NCBI GenBank assembly: GCA_964035545.1
Contig: OZ037772.1
Span: forward strand, 10,476,818-10,540,817
DNA length: 64,000 nt
Direction of reading: 5' to 3'
Source of the DNA: Bugula neritina
Lineage: Eukaryota > Animalia > Bryozoa
Under the pieces are notes generated by a model that did not search any database, was not told where the DNA came from, and saw nothing but the letters and a program-made list of their open reading frames with translations. Below are positions 39,251 to 52,869 of the stretch, in pieces. The position numbers and the translations under genes were made by a program. Each line of letters starts with the position of its first letter. The first letter of the stretch is position 1.

Positions 39251-41138
39251 ATGGACAAAGGAAGCTCATTATTTGCATGTGGTATGTTTTCTACATTTTG
39301 GTTGGTTTTTCTTGCTATCATTTGTTTTAAAAACACAAAACAATTTGCTTTCTTTTCTATGTTTGCTGTTTATAGTTATCTGGAAACAAACTTCATGTGC
39401 TTTAGGTATGTGTGATTATCAAACACTACACCCGTTGGCAATGCGTACACATATAGACGAGCATATACATGCAAGTGCAGATGGTGAATGTAGTACACAT
39501 GTAACTGAAAGCCATCATGAAAAACACAAAACAGGGGAGGAGCTACCAGTTGAGACCATAACCTCTGAACCTGGTACTTTGGATTCAGCTGAAGAAATGC
39601 ACGAGGATTCATTAAGTGGCTCTTTGCATTTCGAAGATTTTTCTAATCAACTTCCAAAGAAAAATAACTTTGCAATACTTAGTAAAAATAGAGGAAACCC
39701 AGACAAAATTCCATCACAGCAATCTGACATTGCAACTAGTGCTTTGATTGGTTGCTTAGAATTGCGAAAGGTGAAATCAGTTGCTGTGAGCAAGTCCCTA
39801 CCGCAAAAGTCTGTGAAAAGTTGGCGTTCAGCAAATCCAAAATTTGCATACTGCCATTCAGAGCCGATGGCAATTTCTTTTGTTTCAAATAACGATGTAG
39901 TCTTAGCGACCTCTAGCGGCGCCAAAGTTGTAGAGGAGAATATAAAACCTGAAAGTGCTAATAACTGTTCAAATCAGATTGTTGAAAGCGGTCAAGTCGC
40001 TAATTCCGGCAATGTTGAAAGGCAAGCTCAGGTGGGTTTCAATACAATTTCCCCACGTAATCATTTTAGCACTGATGTCTCTCAGCTGAATTCAGTACAT
40101 ATGCCTGAAAATGCCAATGAAGCTCAAGAGCATTCAAAGAAAGAGCTTCCGAGTTCACGGAAGCGATCTGGTTCTCTTTTAGATACGCCAACCCCTAAAG
40201 TTCTAACCCTAAAAATTAGCCAAGTGCAAATTGGTCAGCTTGAAAATAGTGTACAACCACCTTTTGCTAAAAAGCCTAAAAAGGATATACTCTTTCGATA
40301 CCAGAAAGAGTTGGATCAAAAAAGTACTCCAGACACCAACCAATCGGCAAACACCAATTGCAATGAGCCCAGTTCAGAATTAGATGAAAACATGGACAGA
40401 ATTGCTATAATGAGCAAAAGTGCACAGCATATCGCTAAAATTAGCAAAGTTCCTAAATTAGCTAAGGGCTCATTATCAATTACTGATCCAACTAAGTCAC
40501 CGCCACCAAAAGCTGATACTCGGAGGAAATCTGCTCAAATGGAAAAGTTCAAATTGTCAATGAAGAAATGTTTAGAGAAAATATCTAACCAGACATTGAC
40601 AACTAAAATGAATTCTGTTCCTCAACTGAACCTCAGGCCCATAGATTTAGAAACTGAAAAGCTTCCAGAACTTCAGGGAGACGTGTCTATCAACATCGCC
40701 ACTTCTAAACCTGCCAGCAAACCAGTTGCTTTGCAGAATTTGACATACAAATGTGACTTTTGTTCATATACTACAAACAAAAGAGCGAAGCTGATGGCTC
40801 ACGTGAATAAAAAGCATGTTCATGAGGAGCCAATGTATGTGTGTGACATCTGCGATTATCTGACGTCACGGGAGTCCAAACTTCTGGCTCACAAACGATC
40901 ACACAAACTGCCAGAAAAAGCTTCCAATAAAGAAACAAAAAATGATGAACTTTCCTCTCAAAAGACGGCTAAGGTAGATGATCCCAAACAAGGAGCTTCT
41001 AGTACAGAAGGGCTGGTAAAATGTGAGACTTTTCAACTTGGTTCACTTCGAAAATTTGTGTCTATTAAGCATGTTGTTGGTATTAAATATTGTGAGAACT
41101 CACTAACTAAAGTTATAAGGATAAAGTATAAGCCTTAA
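39251..41138 (+). CDS. C2H2 zinc-finger protein A (~587 aa; both ends uncertain)
   Basis: Exons 39251-39281 and 39406-41138 (alternative donor at 41016). Intron-split finger FACG|MCDYQTLHPLAMRTHIDEH; tandem fingers YKCDFCSYTTNKRAKLMAHVNKKH and YVCDICDYLTSRESKLLAHKRSH. Confidence 0.82.
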
Positions 41139-43864
41139 TTTCAGTTCTGTTTTCTATGCCTTATAATTTTTTATTTCATAAATACTGCTACTAAATATAG
41201 TTTCATTAATTTTTACCATTATAATTTGGCAACTGGTAATTACATACTACACGGTCTTTGGTAATTGAATTTATATAACTTTAAACTAACTCAAATTAAC
41301 TTTATAGAATTTTTCATCAAATTGAAAAGAATTTTCATTCTTATATACATATATATAATGTTCTGCAATAATGTGGAAACCAATGTATTATGTTCATGAC
41401 TATATTACGTGGGTTCAAGAAGTTCACACAACGATGAGTTGTATACACCAAATTAGATGTTAGTATTTGCTACATTATATATACTCTTAGATGAGCTAAA
41501 AGTCTAACACTAATATATTTTGATTTCATAAATTGTTATTTAATTTTCTCTTCACAGTTATAGAGGCACTGTTAGCAAAATAATTATAAATAATTGTGTC
41601 AATTAAGTTTGTTTTTTTTCACGGTCACAATCATCAAAATAAATTTAATTTGTAATTATTGCTTAATAAAAACGTTCTCATCTACTAATTAGTTTCAGCA
41701 TGATTAAAATAAACTTTTATATTTGTTATTATACTAAAAGATTGCCTTTTTCTTACTATGAAAAGCTTTAGTTCAATTCTTTATTTAAACAAAACCAGGA
41801 AATGAGCAGAGACTTATTAAAACAGCTATACTTTGACAGTTTGATATTTTTCTGTAATCAGCAAATCAGTGGTTATATACTTGTCCAAATTAACTAAGAT
41901 GTCTTCAGACAGGTCATGTATATGTTGACAGAATTTGGGCATGTGCTTGTATTTGCTTGTTGATGACTGGTTTGTAACAACTTCATATCAGAACGCAGCA
42001 GCGTCACACACCATGACCATGGTTGTCATTGCTACAAATCATGGAGCATCTATATAACATATATAACCATCAATTCTTATAAATGCATCAGCTTTGTTTA
42101 GGTTGAATTGTGTTAAGTTATATTATGTCCTATACTACAGTTTACTTAAACATCCAAAATATCTACCAGTAATATTAATTGCAAATTTAGCGTAGGTGGG
42201 CTACATGCATGTATGGCTCCCTACATGAGAGCTTCAAACTCCATGTAGGCTTCAACCATAAATAGCAAGGAAACCAGCTAAAAATAATCAGCATGTTTGG
42301 AAGGCATTTCCATGAAACATTAGTATTACGGGCATGTGAGCAGTTAACACCAATGGTGTGTATTTGGTATAAGGCAACTTATAGCTATATTTTTATTTGA
42401 TGGCTAGGGAAAATTCTGAAAAGTTGTGAGGGGATAATTCACTAAAGTTTGAATAGCTGTACAATATATTTAGTAAGATGAAAATATGCTTGTTGCATTA
42501 GGCGCAAACCAAAGGATTTTTATCCTTCATGTAGATTGCAGATCACAAATTAATATAAATGTTGAATTTACAGATTATCTGCTCGCAGCAAATAAGATTT
42601 TGTGTAAATGAATATATGGTCAATTTTTAAGCATGTGTACTGTAACCTATATTATGTCATTTAGTCAAAAAGATTTCTTTTATAACCATTGCCATGAGCT
42701 TCATTCTAGAAAGACAATAAAAGCTAGCAAAACTTCTTGATACTTTTGCCCTGATCTAGTTTGATGTAAGTTTGTGTATGAAAGAAATTGCTTGAAATAG
42801 TGAAAAATTTGGGAGATCACTGAGTGCAGTAGCTGAAGGAGAGAATTCTTGAGTAAAGGCTTGTGGATTTGGAAGGCAGGAAAATGATGCAGACAGACAC
42901 TGCACTAGTGACCCCTAACTTTGCGCTGCATCAATATTAATCCCTTGCGAGGTCAACTCTCAAAGTATGTTGGTTGTCATGCAGCAGCCAATCATCACTC
43001 TCAGCTTAAGTCTGGTCAAGCGGGTTTGGCCTTAAGCCAATCCGTTCATTTATTATCCCAATCAGTTTTCATAGAAATTATCTAAAATAAGCTGAATGGC
43101 TTCCTACTATAGACAGGTAGAGTAAGATCGTAATACCATTAGAGGTTTTAGAAGTGTTACTAAATTGAAACTAGTTATATAGTACTACCAATATGTGTGT
43201 TAAAATACTACGAATTATATGCTCTCCAATGATTGGCAAAGTGACTTATGGCACCAGTGTTTTACAGTGATAGCCATGGCATACTCAAGCTTATCTTTTT
43301 TTTATTAATCTAATGCAAAATCATTAGCATTGTACAAATGAAGCTAGGACAATAAAATATGGACTGGCATGGTAAGTCTAAGTAACAAAATGTTGTATCA
43401 TATGTAAGAGAAAACAGCTGGGAAAGTTTGAACTGGCAGAGACACATAAAACATGATATGCTATATGTTATAATATTACAACTTGGGTGTTTTAATGGCT
43501 ACATATAGTCAGATAGATGTAATGCTAAAGAAAACAGCTATAAGATCAGATTAATTATCTTCTAATTATTTTCTTAATTGCCAAAATATAGCCAACTACA
43601 ATAGTATACCACTGGAATTCATCAGCAATAGAATGGCCATATACACTAATATCACAACATAGAGTGAGCAACCAGTCAAGATAACAAAATATCATTTGTC
43701 TGGCAGAATTACAAGCTATATATTCATGATTGGCTCCTATCTCTTTATACATTAATGTGAGTGCAGCATTGAAGAAAGAAAAATTGTTGATACGCAGCAC
43801 AAAGTTTGAGGTCATTGAGTGCAGTGGTCATCTATAAGCAGAGGCTTCACTCAACTTCTTCCTT

Positions 43865-45626
43865 ACTGCACCTACGCCCCCTCTCTATATAGCAGTCTGC
43901 ACCTACTCCCCTCTATATAGCAGTCTGCACCTACCCCCTCTCTATATATAGCTGACTGCACCTACCCCCTCTCTATATAGCTGACTGCACCTACCCCTCT
44001 CTATATATAGCTGACTGCACCTACCCCCTCTCTATATATAGCTGACTGCACCTACCCCCCTCTCTCTATATAGCTGACTGCACCTACCCCCTCTCTATAT
44101 AGCTGACTGCACCTACCCCCTCTCTATATATAGCTGACTGCACCTACCCCCTCTCTATATATAGCTGACTGCACCTACCCCCTCTCTATATAGCTGACTG
44201 CACCTACCCCCCTCTCTATATAGCTGACTGCACCTACCCCCCTCTCTATATAGCTGACTGCACCTACTCCCCCTCTATATAGCTGACTGCACCTACCCCC
44301 TCTCTATATAGCTGACTGCACCCCCCTCTCTATAAAGCTGACTGCACCTACCCCCTCTCTATATAGCCGACTGCACCTACCCCCTCTCTATATATATATA
44401 GCTGACTGCACCTACCCCTCTCTCTATATATAGCTGACTGCACCTACCCCCTCTCTATATAGCTGACTGCACCCACCCCCCTTTCTATATAGCTGACTGC
44501 ACCCACCCCCCTCTCTATATAGCTGACTGCACCTACCCCCTCTCTATATATAGCTGACTGCACCTACCCCCCTCTCTATATAGCTGACTGCACCCACCCC
44601 CCTCTCTATATAACTGACTGCACCTACCCCCTCTCTATATAGCTGACTGCACCTACCCCCCTCTCTATATAGCTGACTGCACCTACCCCCCTCTCTATAT
44701 AGCTGACTGCACCTACCCCCTCTCTATATAGCTGACTGCACCTACCCCTCTCTATATAGCTGACTGCACCTACCCCCTCTCTATATAGCTCACTGCACCT
44801 ACCCCTCTCTATATAGCTGACTGCACCTACCCCCCCTCTATATAACTGACTGCACCTACCCCCTCTCTATATAGCTCACTGCACCTACCCCTCTCTATAT
44901 AGCTGACTGCACCTACCCCCCCTCTATATAACTGACTGCACCTACCCCCTCTCTATATAGCTGACTGCACCTACCCCCCTCTCTATATAGCTGACTGCAC
45001 CTACCCCCCCTCTCTATATAGCTGACTGCACCTACCCCCTCTCTATATAGCTGACTGCACCTACCCCCCCCCTCTATATAGCTGACTGCACCTACCCCCT
45101 CTCTATATAGCTGACTGCACCTACCCCCTCTCTCTATATAGCAGTATGCACCTACCCCCTCTCTATATAGCTGACTGCACCTACCCCTCTCTATATAGCT
45201 GACTGCACCTACCCCCCTCTATATAACTGACTGCACCTACCCCTCTCTATATATAGCTGACTGCACCTACCCCCCTCTCTATATAGCTGACTGCACCTAC
45301 CCCCTCTCTATATAGCTGACTGCACCTACCCCCCTCTCTATATAGCTGACTGCACCTACCCCCCTCTCTATATATAGCTGACTGCACCTACCCCCCTCTC
45401 TATATAGCTGACTGCACCCCCCTCTCTATATAGCTGACTGCACCTACCCCCCTCTATATATAGCTGACTGCACCTACCCCCCTCTCTCTATATAGCTGAC
45501 TGCACCTATACCCCTCTCTCTATATAGCTGACTGCACCTACCCCCCTCTCTATATAGCTGACTGCACCTACCCCCCTTTCTCTATATAGCTGACTGCACC
45601 TACCCCCCTTTCTCTATATAACAGTC
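43865..45626. repeat. Minisatellite, ~31-bp unit, roughly 55 copies
   Basis: CTGCACCTAC-(C)n-(TC)n-(TA)n-GCTGA repeated head to tail. Confidence 0.98.
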
Positions 45627-45757
45627 TCAAACACTGTAAATCTTTGAACCCTCAATTGCATATAATGTAGTATAATATTTAGTTATATATAGTTGTTTGG
45701 GAAAAGCTGCTTATAGCATATTGTTATATGGTGTGCTTGCTTTACTTTTAATAAAAA

Positions 45758-45964
45758 CTCACACAAGGTTATAGTCGCTATTCCTGTGAGAAACCCTTGA
45801 TAGAAAGGGTTTTTGTTAAAGCCCGCTAAGGACTTATTCAGATGGGACCCAGGAGCAATTGTGACTAGATGCTCTTCCTAACATCACCAATAGCCTTTGT
45901 CAGGGTTAGAACCCATGACCTCTTGTTTACTAGGCAATTGCTCTAACCCCTAGACCACTGCTGC
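45758..45964 (-). mobile_element. tRNA-derived SINE, copy 1
   Basis: Minus strand starts GCAGCAGTGGTCTAGGGGTTAGAGC (A box) ... GGGTTCTAACCC (B-box-like); collinear with 51241-51456. Confidence 0.85.
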
Positions 45965-48699
45965 ATTACTTTTAATGTTGTTGACAAAATTTTGTCAACA
46001 CAGCTACAAAACCACACCCTAATTGATTTTGACAGCTATTGATTTGCTGCTGTATATTACTATGGTATATAACCAAAATAAAGGAAATAGTCTTACACCA
46101 GTACCACTTTCACAATAAAGGAGTAAACCAGTAATTATAGCCATTCCCTTATTTGCGCCATATGAAAGCTCCTAAAATGTTGAGTTGAAGTAAAATATTA
46201 AAATATACCAATAATTACTAATTGGTGGCTGTAAAAACATTCTGAATGGTAAATGGTGAATGGTAAACTGGGTATCTATATCTGTTATTTTTAATTACTA
46301 TTCCACAGTCTGATATGAAATTGTGATTCCTGCTAAAAGGCAGACATATGTTTAAGTAGATCAAACTTAATTCCCAAGGTCAATTATACTTGCTTTTAAC
46401 ATTTCAGTTACCCATATATTGAATATTTTCTAGCTTTTGATTTGATATAAAATGGCCATAAATATCTGTAAACAAATTAAGCATCAATGTTTCATATTGA
46501 TGACCTTTGTTACAAACTACCCCTCTCTGTGAGAAAAGACTGGATCAGACAATACCAATTGTTGCCTGAGCAGGTGAAAAATCACTCTCCTACTCCAATT
46601 TTAAATTCCATGGAAGCAGAAAGGGTGATAGCCAAAATGAGTTCAGCTGCTTTAATATTGTAAACCAACTCAACTGCCATTCACAGAAACCACAGAATCT
46701 TGTTTTGCTGATCTTTACACTAAGAAATAATAATCTTGTCATATTTCTGAAAATCAGTGACATTGGGTCCATGAACTTTGAACTTTATAATGCTATATAC
46801 AGTTTTACCTATTTTTATCTCATCCAGCTTTATATAATTGTTTACTGGACTTTTATGTGTTGTATGTCTGTCCATTAGCTCTGTCAAATGAGTTATAATC
46901 ACAAATAGTATTAAACTATAATATTTCTTTTTATCAAAGCTTTATAGCAACTTTTCCTTCACTTGTGCTATCAATTTCACCTTTGCGGTTAAGATAGTTT
47001 ATGTAAAAAACACTGGCATATCTGTTAGAATACTCATATACTTGACTATAGTTCTTACTAATACTTGGCCGATATCCAAATCTAAGAACTTACAGTTTAG
47101 TTCAGGGCAGCTAGAAGTGGCTAGTGCAAAATGTCAAGTGAAGAATTATAACAAAGCTAGTAATACTTACATTCAACACATTGTATTGGTGGTTGGATAG
47201 CAATTCTATGAAAACACATTCACACTTATGGCTGACCAGATCTATATTATATACTGCATTTCTATTTCTCTACATTATCCATATGTGGTTGCAAATTGCA
47301 TGAACTTATGGCTGTGGTTTAGTAAATATCTAATGAAAGATTTATTCTCTAACCCTCCTATTTACACTTATCGTATCCGTACGCTTTAACAGCAAATATC
47401 AGCCATTTTTACAAATTTCTGAGCTTCCTGTACTGTGTTGCGGTACGGTAGAATCAAGCACTGCTTGATTCAAATAAGTTGCTGGGACTCCTATTGGACA
47501 GAAAAACTTTTTCATTAATTTATTGGATATAATTGTTCAAGGAAGTTTCATAGATCATCGTACCTAATAGCGGACTTTGAAAACTTCAGCCAATACACAT
47601 TAAAAATGGCTAATACTTGCTGTTACGGCATACAGGATAAGGTAAGTGTGAATAGGGGGTTAATGTGAAGCTTGGAAACGTAGTGATAGATCAATCGCAA
47701 ACAATATAGGTACTCTGAAAGAACATGCATAGATGATTTCATAATGGCCGCAACTCATAATGCTAACATTAGTGGTCAACATTGTTGTTTATTTAATGAA
47801 TGGTATTGTGAACTCAAGCCTAAAGCTGTCTTGTTAGTTACATAAAGAGTATTTGTTTATGAATGCCAGAGCAGCACTTGAAGAACAATGGCTGACCACA
47901 GCAAGTAAGCTGTTGCCTTTCAGACATTGCGAAATGTAAACAGCAGCGTTTACTGATTGCTATTTCGTAATACATCCATCACTACGGTATTTTTGTTTGG
48001 TCCAGTGCTTTTGTTCTTTATGCTTTTCTTCTATAGTTTCTAAATTCATTACTTAGGAATCAATTACAAAAGTCAGTGTTATTTAAACGCACAGAAAGTT
48101 GTTTTAAAACAACATAATATGCATATGCAGATCTTTTTCTCTAGCCTTTGTACCACTGAATAAATATAATTTGGCCCACTCCCCATTTATATTGATTGAA
48201 ATAGCTGCTTATATACGTTTACAGATGACACCTTGCTCTCTTCAATGGTCACCTTCTTTCGGTGACTGTTGTTAGGAGTTAGAAAAGATGGCTTGCAGCA
48301 TGAGATTTGGTAGAAAACTCGGTACCCCAAATGAGAAAAGTCTTCCTTGTGGTGATTTACTAATAGCTTTATCTACGCCAAAGCTTTCTATTCTTGAAAC
48401 ATTGCTTCATGAATTGCCACAAACTATCTTTATATGAACTTTAATTATCTTCAAATTTGCAGTGACACTCAAAAGGTTAGAAACTGTTGAGGCTTTCGAA
48501 ATATCACTGTGGAATGGAGTAATGTATCGACCATGATAACTAGGCTGCACTAAAACGTTAGCCTGAACAAAGAGCATGTAACATAATATTAGCATTACTC
48601 TAACAGTAGTCTTATACACTCCATCTTATGAAACTATTATCTTATACTCACGTCTACATCCTTTACTCACTGTATTGATTAAAAATCAGTGAAGCGTAA

Positions 48700-48799
48700 C
48701 CACTGCAAGCCAATAGTCTAATCAGCCAATAGCGTTACTAATATCCGTTTGACCGTGAGAACACGAGTCTATTTTCAATATGGCTTACTCCGGGTAAGG
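48700..48799 (+). promoter_or_regulatory. Putative promoter and first exon of zinc-finger gene B
   Basis: Tandem AGCCAATAG boxes (CCAAT at 48710 and 48726), then ATGGCTTACTCCGG|GTAAGG (48780-48793), which is phase-compatible with the exon starting at 52851. Confidence 0.45.
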
Positions 48800-51240
48800 T
48801 GGCCTTTGGGAGCTAATTAGACGCAGTAAAGAGTAAAGATGCATAGTTTTAAGCTGGCGGATACTAAGCTATGGTAAGTAACAGTAATATTATATTATAT
48901 AAGCTCATTTTGTAGTTTTAGCCTGTAGGTACACAGTTACACTAGTACAAGCTTACGAACTATATGATGGCCATATTTAATGGCATACTAATAGTAATTA
49001 CTATCAATAGTTAACATTGTAGCTTGTAAATACTTGTTATGTTAGTAGAGCTACTAGCCTACTATATGGTATTGTTACAACATTGCTGTCAAGGTGTCTA
49101 ATTTCTTGAAAACTGGCTGCTTATGGCCTAGCAAAATCAAATGATACTCCATGCTACCCTTTTCATTAACAAAGCTCTGAGCAATAAAATCTTCTCCTAT
49201 AAACTTCAGATCCAATGGTAGAGAAATTGAGAAGTGTGTTGAAAACTAGTGGTAAAAGTTTTAATTTTAGCTTGCAAAGCGTTTAGGCTTTCTATTGTAA
49301 CAAAATGGAACAATTATGACTAGATGTCATTTCTAGCATCATCAATGACCTTTACCCCCAATCAAACCAATCACTTTGTGTTTACAAAGCCAGTATTTTA
49401 ATCACTCATCATTCACATATTACTCTATGTTATACGGACCAGAAGTGTAATTCACAATGATTAATAATTAAGGTCAGCACAAATAATCAATGAGTTCAAT
49501 AATTTGTAAATCCTCACAGCGGGCAGTTGGCCTAAATTTTTTATATTATGATAAGAAGATGCAAATTAAGATCAAAACTTGCAGTATTTAAAAATGTACA
49601 ACTAAGCAAATAAACTCATTTGCTATCCTGCATCCTTATGTTTTTATCTCTAAACTTGCTAATTGCCCTAAACTTTCATCTGAAACACAAGCAGCACCTG
49701 CATCCATACAACTTATATTGAACTTCTCTATTAACATAAATCAAACTGTTGAAAATCAGCTGTCACATTTGACTTTAACCTTTGACCTTTGACAATATAA
49801 CTGAATGCTGCGTGTAGACTAACTAGTATTGAATCATATAGTGGCCGTTGTTCACCTAAAAAGTTGACTAAGTGTTATATTACACTGGTTCACCTTGGGC
49901 CTAACACTGTGTAAAAATACAACCATTGTTTTATGGCCCTTATTCAATCAATGGAGCATATTTTTATTGTGCCTGTGGCATTGTGGGCTAGCTATATGAT
50001 ATAACAATGCTTAAAACAGTATTTGTTCAAAGCTACACTAGTGTTGGTTCTAACAGTAATTAATAGTAATTGATATAGGCTGGTTTGACCAGCCCATCAA
50101 AGTGATGAAAAATTCCAGCATAATTATGATAATCTAAGGAGACTTGCCCCATGCTAGCTGCAGTATTATAGCTGCTATCAATATAGTATTATAAACTTGA
50201 GTAGCTATAACTGGCTAGTAGTATATGAATATCTCAACTAATAATCTATGAAGACAGCATAACCTTTCTTATTTCAATCCTAACATGGCCTCTGTTATGA
50301 TTAACACAATTTATTGAAAATTTTGTATCAGGTAAAAGTGAATACAGCTAAGCTTCCATTTAAACGCAACTTTAATCACAATAAAGGTAGCCTAAAGTGC
50401 ATAGCAATAAAATTGATGATAGTAGTTTAAATTCAGTCCTATTTTCAAATTGCATTGCTAAAACATATGTCTCAAAAATCAATCAAAAAGCTTTGGTATC
50501 ATTAACTGCCTAAGTGTTACAAACCTGTAATTAAACACAATGAATACACCAATTAGTTTTGTTTATCTTTAAATGGGATATACGCGTATATAGCATAATT
50601 ATAAATATAATAATATAAATCATTAAATAAGAGTTATAATAATATAATTAAATATCAGATGTTGGGTACAAGCTTGCGTGAAAGTGAAATTTTTGTTTTA
50701 CCAAACTTGTTATAGGTGACTTTGAGCGATTGATGTACAATCATCAGTCAACCTATATAGGTAACTGTATTTAGTTTATATACACAATAAATAATTTCAC
50801 ATTTTGCCTAAATTATCAAATTACAACTTATATTATGTGTTTATTTTGCCTAAAACTAATAAAGTAGCAAAATGAGAAACAAATGATATTTGTATCAGTG
50901 CTTCATTATGACCGTAATAGTATTCATATCAACTGCATGCTCTCATGCATATCTATAACGTCATCATTTTATGTGTGGTAACTATGCAAACAAGATAATG
51001 TAGACATGGGAACAATTTAGCTCGTTGTTAGTTGCAAAACAAATAATCATATCAACTGACCAATTCTTATCAGCAATCACTCCTTGCTTACCAATAAATA
51101 TTAAACAGCGGTTTAGCAGTAGCGTTGTGGTCATTGAGTATTATAATGTGAAAGATAAATTTTTGTTTGGCCACTTTGTTACTCTATGAAGCTGCTATAG
51201 CTGCTCTATCGGGTACAAAAATGAAAACATTTAAAAAAAT

Positions 51241-51456
51241 CTCACGCAAGTTTATAGTCACTATCCCTGTGAGAAACCCTGATGGAAAGGGTTTTTGTTA
51301 AAGCGGGCTAAGGACTTGTTTAAATGAGGCACAAGAGCAATTATGACTGGATGCTCTTCCTAACATCACCAATGACCTCACAATTGTCGCAGCTGGAACC
51401 CATGACCTTCGTGTTTACTAGGCAAGTGCTCTAACCCCTAGACCACGGCTGCTCCC
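51241..51456 (-). mobile_element. tRNA-derived SINE, copy 2
   Basis: Minus strand GCAGCCGTGGTCTAGGGGTTAGAGCACTTGCC...GGTCATGGGTTCCAGC...TTGGTGATGTTAGGAAGAGCATCCAGTCATAA. Confidence 0.85.
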
Positions 51457-51484
51457 TAACGAAGATATTTAACTGTAAAATAAT

Positions 51485-51557
51485 TGCCCCCACTGGGAGT
51501 CCAGCCACAGACCTCTGGCTCACAAGCAGGTGCGCTAAACCATTACACCAGGGGAGC
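51485..51557 (-). pseudogene. tRNA-like sequence (Thr-TGT-like pseudogene or SINE head)
   Basis: GCTCCCCTGGTGTAATGGTTTAGCGCACCTGCTTGTGAGCCAGAGGTCTGTGGCTGGACTCCCAGTGGGGGCA: 73 nt, intact A box and partial acceptor pairing, but the T-loop is GCTGGA instead of GTTCGA and the anticodon stem pairs poorly. Confidence 0.65.
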
Positions 51558-51673
51558 GGGGGGGGGGCTGCTGGGTTAACTCAATACTAAATTAACTATA
51601 GCGGCCCTATTGGATAGAAAAATGAGGAGATTTAGCCGTAGTTAAGATTTAATTGCTGATTAGGCTGCTAGAT

Positions 51674-52015
51674 CAACGGTGTCTAACCTTTTCAAAGCGA
51701 GAGCCACTGAAAGGGAATATTCCATGGCGAAGACGAGGTATTGTAAAATTTTGCTTGAACTGCATGGGGGCCACAGCATTAGTATTTTTCAAATTGGGTT
51801 ATTCCAAATTTTTATGAGTTATTACACAATGAAATTACTGAAGGCTGCATGTTTTGTAGCATGTGTGTAAATAAGACATTTAAAAGTGTGTTTTTCACTC
51901 TAATTCGTGTATATACTGGGGAAAATAATTTTAGTTTTACGTCTTTGCATGAGGTCCACATAAATGTAGGCTGGGGGCCACATCCGGCCCTTGAGCTGTC
52001 TCTTGAACAGCCCTG
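51674..52015. mobile_element. hAT (Charlie-like) MITE
   Basis: 8-bp TSD TGCTAGAT (51666-51673 and 52016-52023); degenerate TIRs CAACGGTGTCTAA ... TTGAACAGCCCTG; subterminal GGGCCAC/GGCCC motifs. Confidence 0.8.
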
Positions 52016-52275
52016 TGCTAGATAATCAATAACTTCTTAACATTTCTAGGAGTATATGAGTTTAAAAACTAAACAGCAGAGTTTCAAACCAGTAAAATAA
52101 ATAACCTTTGTATTAGGGCAGCTATAAGTATAGCATGCAATAATTACTACGTATATTAATTTTACAAAACGCAAGACTCAAAACAACTGATTGGAAATCT
52201 CACCAAGTGGCAAACTAATAGAAGATGTGTTGGCACAAAGCTCATTATAAAACAAAACTGTAAAAACTGGCAAGT

Positions 52276-52340
52276 TGGGCTCGAACCCATGACTTTGTGC
52301 ATATTAGCCAAACGCTCTTACCCCAAGATCACAGCTTTTC
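52276..52340 (-). mobile_element. Degenerate SINE head fragment
   Basis: GGGCTCGAACCCATGACT...GCTCTTACCCCAAGATCAC resembles the head region of the two SINE copies. Confidence 0.55.
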
Positions 52341-52869
52341 CTTGTTTGAGCATACCGTAATGCTTTAGTAATTAAGTGAATCGAGAACAAAAGGCTGTTG
52401 TTAGATACTCCTGGTGCAAGAGTTATGACAGATGACAACGAATATATGGTTTACTATGCTTTTATGTACACTTATGAAGTTCAATAATAAATCAGTCTGG
52501 ATGTGTGTGACAATCCTTGATGCTCTTATCATATAATACTACAATATTAAATAGATAGATAAATATATAGGCATATATAAATGTTTTATTACTACATTGA
52601 TAAAATGAGTCAGGGATTTTTTAAAGAATTAATTCAAATATGCAAATATGGGTCTTTGTGCATTCAAATATGTTGAGATGTGTTGATTTCAGATTGAGTA
52701 AAGCATAAATAATATTATAGCTTTGTTGAATTAAGCTACAATATTCATTTTGCAATTTGGTTCTGATTGTTGTGCGTTACAATAATTCACTTGTGATGTT
52801 GCGTCATTCCACATTTAACGTTCTTTTGTTTTATTAACCATTGTTTGCAGAATTCAACCAAAGACATCA

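Noticed and set aside
41900-42920. Possible downstream terminal exon of zinc-finger gene A
   Set aside because: No acceptor and frame combination with recognisable coding content; the 3' end is left as uncertain
43865-45626. CRISPR-like array
   Set aside because: The variable parts are only length changes in C, TC and TA tracts, not unique spacers
51485-51557. Functional tRNA-Thr gene
   Set aside because: The T-loop/B box is broken, the anticodon stem pairs poorly and a more degenerate copy exists at ~30058; treated as a pseudogene or SINE head
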